Notes under the pieces: model-generated
What the model saw: only the letters and a program-made list of their open reading frames with translations
Databases searched by the model: none
Told to the model about the DNA's origin: nothing
Source: Selaginella moellendorffii
Taxonomy: Eukaryota > Plantae > Lycopodiophyta
Assembly (NCBI RefSeq): GCF_000143415.4
Contig: NW_003314278.1
Coordinates: 1,386,673-1,450,672, forward strand
Length of the DNA stretch: 64,000 nt
Direction: 5' to 3'
Shown here: piece by piece, positions 12,400-23,326 of the stretch
How the letters are laid out: every line of letters starts with the position of its first letter
How positions within the stretch are numbered: position 1 is the stretch's first letter
Program-made: the position numbers and the translations under genes

Positions 12400-15300
12400 T
12401 GCATTTCTTCTTCACATTATTGATAAAAAAACGAACACAACAGACCAAAGAAGAGAAGAACATAACAAACCAAAGACAACAACAACAAAACCAGAAAAGT
12501 AAATTCAACAAAATAATAACTCAAGAAAACTCTAGCACAACATTGAATGTACAAACACAACCCTGATCCACTCAAGAAACAAGAGTGAGATCAGATACAA
12601 CAATTACGAGAAGAGAAGAAACAACTCCAGCAAAAATTATAAGTAGACAAGCAATAAAAGACTAAAGCTTAAATTGAAATCCTTGAGACTATGTTCAAGA
12701 CTTTCGACAAAACGACCCAAGCTACACAAGTTGGCACACCAAACAACATCAACACAACAAATGCTGAGGAAAACACAATCAACCAAAATTTAGACTTAGA
12801 TCAAGATTTACCACCACTCGAAACTCCCGATTATGAAGATTATAACACTGACAACTTTCAGTCTTATCCAGCTTCTTCAGAAACTGAACCATCACTAATA
12901 ATAGAAAGATGGCACTCATCAACCCAACAACATCCTATGGCATCATAATTACATATCCAATCTTCACCAGTAGCAAAACTGAAGATGCAGAAAGACATTT
13001 CCAGCAATTCAACCAAATTATATAAGTCAATTAGTAAAAAGACAATAAAGAACTTCTATTCCCTTTCACACTTAAAAGAAAAGCATTAGAATGGAATCAT
13101 AATCTTGATGAAAAACTTAAGTTTCAGAAAAAAGTTAAGCGGTTCAAAGAGAAGTACCAACCCAGTGGCACAACAATTGAATACCTAGAACATCTTAAGA
13201 GTATCAAATAAGGCGGTAAAGAAAATATCAAAGACTATACCCAAAGATTCAAATATCACGCAAAGTGTTACAAAGATCTCTTCACTGAACAAGGTAAGTA
13301 TATTTGGTATGTACAAGGATTGAATAAGATATATTAGCAAATGGTTGCTCTCGCAAGTATGGAAGAAGATCTAGATGTGGAGACCTCTATTGACAATATT
13401 TCCAAGAAAATCAAGAACCTCGAGAAACAGCTCTGAAAATTTTTAAGAGTAAAAACAACAAGAACAAACGACTCTTCTGATGATAAGGAAGAATACAAAC
13501 TCGAAGTCATGAAGAAAGACAAAAATCAAGAACTTACCAAAATACTCAAAAAAAGTTACAATCAAGAACAAACTTAGCGACTATGATGAAGATGTACCAT
13601 GCATCCTAATCATGATAGGAAAGAACAAAGTTATATAAATAATTATCAACGGTAGAGAAAATGTTAATATTATCAGGTATTCAATCTACAAAGCAATGGG
13701 ATTTGGACCAATCCACTTTACACCCTTCAATGTCAAGATAGCCGACAATCAAAGTGTACAACCATCAAGAATCGTGCACAACATTCCTATCAAAATTAAA
13801 GATCAAGAATTTAAGGTAACTTTTATCGTACTCAAGATGGCGAAAGACCAAAGCTACTATGAAGTACTCCTTAAATGAACTTGGCTCAAGATTATAGACA
13901 TTATCACATACTAGAGGAACAATGCTATCATCCTTGGAGGACACAAAGATGCTCCACAACTATCTATTAGTATTGTGAAGAAGATCGTAAAGAAATTTTA
14001 ACTAACCACAATCAAACAATATGACTAGAATGAAGGACTCGACAGCTATGAAGAAGCTCAAATTCTCAAGGCATACCTCAAATTAAAAATGCTAATCTAA
14101 GTCAATCTCAACCAAATCATCCTGAAGAAAACAAGCAATCAAGATCCTCAACTTCAAAATGAAGATTTCCAACACTAAGATTTGAAAGAAAAGACAACGC
14201 CAGCACACATGAAAAAACAACAAGAACATTCAAGCATCAAACTTGAATAGTTTAAACCAACGCATCAACAAATTCCACTCCAAAAACAACCAGGTCTACG
14301 ACAAGAAGGATCACGACTTACACTAATACTCAACCTTGAAGAACCAGCTTAAGAAATTAACCTTAGAACACCTAAAGAACCAAAAAAACTTCATATTGCC
14401 CAAGAGCTTGATGAAGATTTTAAAGCAAAAGCAACCCAACTACTTGACACTTATCAAGATGTTTTCACCTGGTCCTAGATTGACTTACAAGGAATTCCAC
14501 CTAAACTCTACATACATCGGATTGAACTTCAATCACAAGTGGTACCAACAAAGAAATCAGCCTACTGAATAAATCCCAACATACAAACCAAAGTCAAGGA
14601 AGAGCTTGACAAACTCAAAAATATTGGATTCATCTTCCCAATTCAAAATCTAAAATGACTATCACCATTAGTCATTGTCCCCAAGAAGAACAACAAGCTT
14701 AGGATTTGTGTTAACTATAAGAAACTCAACGATACAACTCAAAAGGACACTTTTTCAATTCTATTCTCTGATGAAATTCTTGATGCAGTTGTAGGATATG
14801 AGATGTACTCCTTTCTCAATAGCTTCAATAGACACAATCAAGTACATATTGCGCTTGAAGATCAACACAAGACAGCTTTCATCAATCCATGGGAAGCATA
14901 TGCCTACCTTCGCATGCCTTTCAGTCTCTCCAATGCACCATTCATGTTTCAATAGATCATCACTGACACTTTTCGAGAATACCTCACTGAATTTATGAGA
15001 GTATTTATGGATGACTTCAATGTCTTCAACAACAAAGAAGATCATCTCCAATGCTTAGAGAAATGCTTCATCAAATGCCATGAACACAATATCACATTGA
15101 ACCTTGACAAGTGCATTTTCTTTGTCAAATCAGGAATTCCACTCAAACATTAGTTTCCAAAGAAGGAATCCTCATCGACAAGGACAAGACCTTCACAATC
15201 ACCAACATACAATATCCATTCAACATTTCAAGCCTTCGATCATTCCTCAGTAAGATGGGATACCATTGAAGATTCATCAAGACTACGCCAAGATTGCAAA

Positions 15301-16770
15301 ACCTATCACCAAACTCCTCAAGAACAATCAAACTTACAACTGGACTCAAGATTGTCAAAATGCCAAGAATTCCCTCACCCAAGCTCCAAAACTTGCTCAA
15401 CCAAACTGGAACAAAGACTTCAACATCCAAGTCAACGCCTCCAACTATGCCCTCAGAGCAATCCTTTTGCAACAACAAGATTATAAAGACCGACAAATCT
15501 ACTATGTAAGTTGAAGACTCAACTCAGCCGAAATGAACTACACTACAACTGAAAAAGAAGCTTTAGCAATGATCTACACACTCCAAAAGTTTTGATACTA
15601 CCTACTCGGTAACTTCCTCCATCTTCTCAACAAAACAATCCTCACCGGTAGAATTGCATGATAGTTCTTACTACTTCAAGAATACAACTTCGAGATCATC
15701 TACAAGCCTGGAAGAGAACATGAACACCTAAGCCGCATTACAACCAATGAACAATTGAAACAGAATATGGATGACTTTCCTGACTGCAATATCCTTTGAA
15801 TCCACACGTCACCAACCTAGATGGACAACATTTACTACTACCTCACAACAGCAACAATACCAAGTTGATATTCAACCTTCGACAAGCGCATGAGGACAAG
15901 ACTATATTCAGTCCTGGGAAGAAAATTGTACAAACAAGGAAGAGACAACATTTTATGAAGATGTGCAAACCCAAAAGAAACACAAGATCTACTTAAAGAA
16001 GCCTATTATGGATAAATAGAACATTTTGCTAAAGAAATCATAGCTTGAAAAATTTTAAAAGCAAAATTTTGGTGGCTAACACTTTGGCACAACTAAGCCA
16101 AGTTCTATAAAAAATGTGACATCTACCAATGAACCAAGTATGCACTAAAGAAATAAACTCAAGAACTTCATCTAGAAACTCCACTCGAACCTTTTTAATG
16201 ATGAGGACTCGACTTTGTTGGTCCACATATGACAAGCTCCAAGCAAAACTAATACATTTTAATTGCAATAGACTATATGATAAAATGGGCTGAAGCTCAA
16301 CCAATAAAGACTCCTACAACAAAAAACACAACAAAGATCATCTACGAAAACATCATCACAAGATATGGCTTATCTTGAGAACTCGTCACTGATCAAGGAA
16401 CACACTTCATCAATGAAGCCATCAAGATTTTAACTCAAGAATTCATTATCCAGCACAAGGTTTCAACACCATACTACCCTCAAGGCAATGGTCAAGCAGA
16501 GTCTACAAACAAGACACTCAAAAACATCCTTATGAAAATCATGAAAATAAATCAAAAAGACTGGGACGATCACATCTATAATGCTCTATAAATATATTGA
16601 ACTGCATATAAGGTTTCAACAAATTCGACACCATTCAAGCTCACCTACAGCCTTGAAACTTTAACACTATTCAAGTACATCGTTCCATCACTACGAATGG
16701 CAATACAATACGAAATCAACTAAGAAGAATTGATCAAAAAAAGACTAGCCATGCTAGAACAACTTATTGC
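12400..16770 (+). mobile_element. Degenerate Ty3/gypsy retrotransposon (gag-protease-RT-RNase H-integrase, non-chromovirus-like)
   Basis: A-rich sense strand. RT 'SPLVIVPKKNNKLRICVNYKKLND' and 'FMDDF', RNase H 'NASNYALRAILLQ...NYTTTEKEALAM', integrase 'LVTDQGTHF...YYPQGNGQAESTNK'. Numerous stops; LTRs not resolved and boundaries approximate. Confidence 0.85.
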
Positions 16771-16774
16771 TAGC

Positions 16775-19310
16775 TGAGATCCTTTGACTATCTTGTTTTG
16801 AAGCTTTGGAATGCTCAAGGAGTCTTTTCTAACTCAGCAAAGATGTTGCTTCATATGATGGCCAAGGCTAACTATTATTAAATAGTTCTTTTGATAGAGT
16901 TTTGCAATCTCATGTGTGAGGCACTACTTTGACGATGTCCTATGACTAAGGAGGAACATGAGATGCATGTGAGGCAAATGTTGCCACTATTGAGGGAGAA
17001 CAAGCTGTATTCTAAACTGTCAAGCGTGAGTTCTTCTTGGAAGAGATCACCTATCTTGGACATGTGGTGCCACAAGATGGTGCGGGAAGATCCTCAAAAG
17101 ACTCAGATAGTTGTTGACTAGCTTGTTCCCCCTACTGTGCATGGGTTGGTATGGTGGGAGTCTTTTGCTGGTTTGTGAAGGACTTCTCCTTGATTGCTGC
17201 TCCTTTGATGGATATTCTTCGAAACACCACCAAGCATGCTAAGTTGGTGTGGGGTGAAAGTGTCAAGAAGCGTTTGAGCGGTTAAAGCAATCATGTATAT
17301 TCTACAAATATTTGCTTGTGATAAGCCACTTGTGGTAGAAGGCTAAGGCTCACACTATGGAGTCTATACGTTCAGAGGGTATGGCTCATGAGTCCTTTTC
17401 TCTTTCTGATCCTAGTGAGGCCATGGGTGTCAGTGTGGACCAAGGAGAGACTGTATCTACTCGTGTTCTAGCTGACACTGCTGTCACTAAGCTTTCTGAA
17501 GGAGTGAAGAAGAATTGTATCAACTCATCTGAGCTGTACAGTTGTTTGTGCAATGAGTTGTGCATAGCCAAGTGCTCAGTGTCCTCTTTGACTCTGGTGC
17601 TATGCATACTTTCATTAACAAGGCTAGTGATGAGGGTATAGGAGCTGTCTTGGTGCAAGACTGCTGTCCTATTGCCTACATAAGCCACAAGTTTGACGCA
17701 ACTTAGCTAAACTGCCAACTCGGGATAGGAAGTTATATGTTGTAGTTGTTGCGGTCAAAGAGTGGAGGCATTATCTGTATGGTTTGGATTTTTCATGTCG
17801 ATAACTTTACCACTAGTCACTCTTTTCACTCGCCAGATGGAGTTTCGAGGCTGGCTAGCTCATTGGCTAGAGTTTTTGCAGGAAATGGATGTGCAGATTC
17901 CAAACCACCAGAAGAGTTTAGCTCTGGGGTTTAAGGTGATGAAAACCGATTTCTCCCGAGTAAAAGTCGAAGGGTAATTTTGACCTCAGATTACTTGTGA
18001 ATTCGGAAGATTGATGTTTAAAGCAAAGTTTCTAGGTTTCCAAGATCTACAACTTTTCTTTAAGACAATTTCCCTGTTTCTGAAAGGAGTAGACAGTAAA
18101 GGTGGTTGTTTCTCCATTGTCTAGGATGGTGAACTCTATCTTGTTTGGGAATCTCTCCAGTGGTTTGCTGGATGAAATTAAGGAGCTTACTGACTTCAAC
18201 TCCTTTGTAGTGAAGGCACATGCAGTTGTTTTGAAGGGGGACGCCTCTTCCAATGTGACTGTGCTTCCTTCAATGTATGAGATGGTTTCCTAGTCAAGAG
18301 GAATCGGGCTATGGTTCCTAGAGATGATGTTCTTTTACAGTGGATTCTGTAAGAGTGTCCGTTGCACCAAGTGTAGGACATCGAGGACATGTGTTCTGGT
18401 AGAGACGCATTTATTTTAGCCTGGAATGAAGTCAGGTGTTGATAAGTATATGCATAGTTGTTAGACCGGCCAGGCAGTCACAATGGATTGTGACAAGCAT
18501 GAAGGTCTCTACCATAGTTAACCTCAATGGAAGTGGGATAGCATTTTCTATGAGTTTCATAGTAGGCATTTCAAGGCAATGATGCTATCTAGGTTATTGT
18601 GGATTGTATGATGATGTTAGCTCACTTCTTCCTTGTGAAGATGAATGCTAAGGCTTTTGACCTTGCTCAGCTGTATTTCTCTATGGGCTGCCTAAGGATG
18701 TTGTAAGTGATTGGGATCCCACATTCACTTTGGTGTTTTGGCAGACGGTGTTCCAGAAGCTTGAGACAAAGTTGAGCATGAGCATCCACAGTCAGATGGA
18801 CAAACAAAAGGAGTTAATTAGGTGCTGGAAGACATGCTGAGATCGTTTGTTGGTCATCTGAAGAGGCAAGGTATTTGGGAGAAGTACCTGCCTTTGTTAG
18901 AGTTTGCCCATAACTGTGCCTTCCATTTGGCTATTGAGATGGCTCTGTTTATGGCAATGTATGGCTTTCAACCTGCCTATTGGTATGAACTTCGCTTCTC
19001 TTAAGGTGCACCAGGCAAAGGAGCATCGTCAGCACAAGCAGTTTCAGGTTGGAGACAAGGTTTTCCTTCAGTTGTCTGAAGCTCAGTGAGCTCTTCAAGG
19101 TGGAGGTAGTTCTAAGTTGTCACCACAGTACTGTGGGCCTTGGATTATTCTCAAACGAGTTGGAGACCTTGCCTATCAACTAGACTTGCCTAGTGGTGTG
19201 AAGATTCATCCCGTCTTTTATGTAGGAAGTTGAAGGCGTGTTTGCATTCTGGTAATATCTTGGACCAGTCTGCGATCAAGATTCCAGAGATAGATGTTTG
19301 AAGATTGGCC
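16775..19310 (+). mobile_element. Second degenerate Ty3/gypsy pol fragment (RT end, RNase H, integrase; chromovirus-like), rearranged
   Basis: 'LRENKLYSKLS...ITYLGHVV', 'FVKDFSLIAAPL', 'ASDEGIGAVLVQ', integrase 'HPQSDGQTK.VN.VLEDMLRSFV...WEKYLPLLEFAHN', 'KLSPQYCGPWIILKRVGDLAYQLDLPSGVKIHPVF'. Confidence 0.8.
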
Positions 19311-19451
19311 ATAGTTGTGTGTTATAGCAACGGCTAGTGCACATACATCGTAAGACTTGGAGAGAGTTACTTACTATTTTCATCTAGTGCCCAACTCCTC
19401 TAGTGGCTCTTACTTTCCTCCAATGCAACATATCTCCTCCCTCCAACACTC

Positions 19452-20382
19452 TGTTGAGTATAGGCTCTCTATGACATGATCCTAGGTGGCAGTAGTGCCA
19501 CTTCATTGATCCAGGTGTAGGCTAGAGGTGTGTCTCTTCATCATGTATATAAATCAATGATATTATATACGATTATCCTTCGAGTCATCCACCATCGTAG
19601 CTTCCACTCTTCTTCTCTTCATGGTATCGGAGCCTTGAGGGCTTCAGATCCTGGAACGATGGCGCTGGCCGAGGAGGAGGCTAGTGAGGATGACGATGAG
19701 CCACCGGACGTGGCTGAGAGGCCAAGATTTGGCACTGTGCTGTACTGAGTGCCAAGATAACGGCACTAGCGAGCTGAGCAAGGTGCTAGGGCGTGATCGA
19801 GCAGAGACCGACCCGGAGGAGGTGCTGGCAGAGGCGCTGAGAGAGGGCTGGCGTGAGGCACTGGCCGAGCAGAGGTGAGCGCTGGGCACCCTGTAGGGTA
19901 GAGGCGCGAGACACCAAGGGCTGCAGGCAGAGGTGCGAGGGATTGGAGTGCTGGGGCACTGGTGGGGTGCTGTCCAGAGGCAAGCAGGCAGAGGCGATGC
20001 TGAATGCTGGGCTGTGAGAGGGCTCCATAGCAGAGGGAGAGAGGCTGATGAGGCTTGATTGAGGCTGAGACGATGGGAGCTTCAGCCAAGGACAATGTTT
20101 CTGAAAAGGGAGATTCTGAAAGGCAGCCATGGGACGATCCAGATTCACGACAGAGTGTTTGGATGCAGAGGGAGAGTGATCTCAGATTCATGTCATTGAG
20201 ATCGAGAGGGAGTGTTGAGTATATGCTTTCTATGACATGATCCTATGTGGCAGTAGTGCCACTTCATTGATCCAGGTGTAGGCTAGAGGCGTGTCTCTTC
20301 ATCATGTATATATATCTATGATATTATATATGATTATCCTTCGAGTCATCCACCATTGTAGCTTCTGCTCTTCTTCTCTTCA
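19452..20382 (+). mobile_element. Complete TRIM (non-autonomous miniature LTR retroelement)
   Basis: 170-bp LTRs at 19452-19621 and 20213-20382 (TG...CA). PBS TGGTATCGGAGC at 19622-19633, polypurine GAGAGGGAG at 20204-20212, 5-bp TSD CACTC on both sides (19447-19451 and 20383-20387). Confidence 0.93.
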
Positions 20383-20682
20383 CACTCTTCCTGTAGCAAC
20401 TCTCCTCCATGTCCTCTAGTGCTCCTCCTGCAATAACTCTCTTCCACATTGTACTTTTGCCAATCCTACTCTTGGATTTTTCAGTTTTTTTTTTTGTTTT
20501 CATCAAATCGTTATTTCTCACCCTCTAGCTCCTCCAAAATCCTTTATGCATTGAGTCTCCTCCAGCTCCTCCAACACTCCTCCTATAGCAGCTCTCCAGC
20601 TCCTCCAGCACTTCTCCTGCAACAGCTCTCCTCCAACTCCTCTAGCACTCCTCCTACAACAGCTCTCCTCTAGCTCCTCTAG
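20383..20682. repeat. CT-rich low-complexity repeat (CTCCTCCAGCT/CTCCTCTAG-like units)
   Basis: Repeated ctcctccag/ctcctctag/ctctcc motifs. The same tract continues left of the TRIM (~19390-19451), so the TRIM inserted into it. Confidence 0.6.
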
Positions 20683-20899
20683 TAGATGGCTATGCCACGG
20701 CTAAGGCCAGCCAAGGTAGTGCTAGCCATGGCCGAGACCTTGTGCCACCATAGCTGTGCTTGCTATGGCCATTTGGTGGTGTAACGTTGGCCCTAGCTGT
20801 ATGGTTATAGATACCACAGCCAAGGATAACATCATTGGCAATCAAGGTTGCCAGTGGTTGTGGTAAGCTTGGCAAAACATTATCTTTTATGTTGAGAAA

Positions 20900-22778
20900 G
20901 GACCAATTCGCACATTTATTTAGTGAAAAAAAACTTTAGCGAAAAATTGGGTTCGCACATTGAAAAAATTTGTGTTGCAAAGTAAACTTATAANNNNNNN
21001 NNNNNNNNNNNNNNNNNNNNNNNNNNNNNNNNNNNNNNNNNNNNNNNNNNNNNNNNNNNNNNNNNNNNNNNNNNNNNNNNNNNNNNNNNNNNNACTTAAT
21101 TCAAATTTTGAAATTTCAAATTCAAATTCAAATGTTTAGAATTATATCCTGGCAAATTTCAAAGCAAACACGAACGCCACTGGCAAAGACAGAGGGAAAA
21201 CGTGAGGTTCTCTCTAACCTCTTTCGCATCCTCTGGACTGTGCAACTCCTCACGAGGCTCCCCTTCCGCTTGCTCGGGATCACCGTAATCAACAAAGAGG
21301 TCCTGGGCCTTGAGCCTTTTCACCTCTTTCCTCCAAGCTTGGATCTCCGCCTGAAGATCAGTCTCCCCAACATCAATCAAGAAATTGTGCAAGATGCAAC
21401 AACTCTTGATGATGTTGGGAAGGTACTTTGACTGGATCCTTTGTTTTTTGAACTTCATTTTAAGAAGTCCAAATGCTTGCTCAATAACAATCCGAGCAAG
21501 GTGGTGATGAAGGTTGAAAGCTGCCTTGGATGGTGTTAGGTTCGGAGCTGAGCAACAACCAAAACAAGTGAACCAAAGAAAGTAGAATGAAGAAGACTTA
21601 CATGTGTGTGGAATCATCAGATGCTGCTGGAGTTGGTACCCTTTGTCCCCCACTAGGTATGGCTTGATCCTATCATCATATGCTAACACCGTGGACGATG
21701 TCAGCAGCTCCCTTGCTACAATTTTTTTCCTGAGGGTTGAATTACGAAAAACCCTCATGTCGTGGACGCGTCCTGAAAGCAAAAAAAACATTTTAGAACC
21801 ATCCACAACACACAAAGAAACATACCTGGCCACCCAGCGTAGACACTGAGGAACTCTTCTGGGCATCACAAACCCCTTGCAAGATGACTGAGTACCGCTG
21901 CTTCCTGTCGTAGTAGCTCTCACTGTCCAGTCTAGTAGGTCGGATGATCTCGGAGTACAGTCAATCGCCCCAGCAACATTAGGCAGTCTGGTTCCTATTG
22001 GTCATCAAAACTTATAACAATCCAAAAAACATAAGAAAATGTACCTGTCACTTGTCGAAAGCCAGCAGCAACAGCTCAAACCTCCTTGGCGGTTGAAGGA
22101 AAATGAATCTTGTACCTGAGGCACTTGACAATCACTGCAGTGGTGTCCATGACAATCTCATGAGCTGTGGACTTCCCAATGCTGAACTTGTCTGCCAGAT
22201 CCAAGTAATCTGTGTTCTTGAAAAGCTTGTACAAAGTCACCCCCAGTCGAACATCCACCGGCACCGCACTCCTCCAACCTTGCTTCCGGATCTCACTCTC
22301 CAGCATGCCACAAATGGTGAAGAAGGTCCTCTTCTCCATCTGAAGTTTCCTCTTCCACCTAGGTGGTGACATTTCGAGGCTTCACCCACCACAGGCCCCT
22401 CCCAATCACAGCCCAACGAACCTCAAGTTCACGGTCTTCTTCCTCAGGCAGCACTTGGAGACCGGGGCTCTTGTCATCCGCAATGTGCATGAAACCTTGC
22501 ATAAGAAGCAACAAAACCTAATTGAAGAAAAGTCGCCAAACCCTAACCTAAGAATCTTCTCGAATATTTCCGGAATAATTTTTAACAACTTCCCTTAAAA
22601 TAAAATGACCCCCATTTTAGATTTGGTCGGGGTTGTTGAAAATTACTTAAGAATCCTCTAAATTCGCTTTTTTTTTCGTGCAAATCCATAATTTTCCCAT
22701 AAAAAATAAGGGTAAGTACATGACTTTAGCTTCAGTTATTGTGCAAATAAATTTTGAACTTTATGTGCGAATTGATCC
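20900..22778 (-). mobile_element. PIF/Harbinger DNA transposon with terminal inverted repeats
   Basis: GGACCAATTCGCACAT (20900-20915) versus ATGTGCGAATTGATCC (22763-22778) is a 15/16 inverted match enclosing a Harbinger-type DDE transposase. A 100-N gap lies inside; no clean TSD. Confidence 0.8.
21159..22480 (-). pseudogene. Harbinger/HARBI1-like DDE transposase, intron-containing, with premature stop
   Basis: 'MEKRTFFTICGMLE...VRLGVTLYKL...DLADKFSIGKSTAHEIV', 'LPNVAGAIDCT', 'GRVHDMRVFRNS', 'YLVGDKGY', 'FNLHHHLARIVIEQAFGLLK', 'CCILHNF'. In-frame TGA at 22076-22078. Confidence 0.88.
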
Positions 22779-23326
22779 AGAGCTAAACTCTTATAAACAT
22801 CTCTAATCATACTCATTTAATTAAACGCCAATGAACGGCCAAGATATCTTTACCAGCACTCCCCCACTTCTTTTCTTTGGAAAATAAAAAACTAAAAGCA
22901 AAGAAGATATTATCAAACACTATTTTTTCAATGTTGTTTTCTACCAGAGNNNNNNNNNNNNNNNNNNNNNNNNNNNNNNNNNNNNNNNNNNNNNNNNNNN
23001 NNNNNNNNNNNNNNNNNNNNNNNNNNNNNNNNNNNNNNNNNNNNNNNNNNNNNNNNNNCAAATGCCGTCGTCACCAGCCTCCACACGTCTTCAACGTGCT
23101 CTAGGAGCACAAACCCAAAGTTGGTCATGCCGCAAGCCGCCATCACCTTGCTCCCGGTGTCATCCTCCTTTTGCATAGTTTTAACTTTTAAATGTTAATT
23201 TTTTCTCCTTGAAGTTCAGGTTGACGGCGGTACTTCGAGGCATGCTCACTCAGCGGCCCATGTTTCTGCTCGACTCACGGAGGGTTTAAAACCAGGGATA
23301 ACTGCAAGAAAGAGCACTGACATGTT

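Noticed and set aside
22813-23176. ORFs spanning the 22950-23058 N gap
   Set aside because: Open only because Ns mask stop codons.
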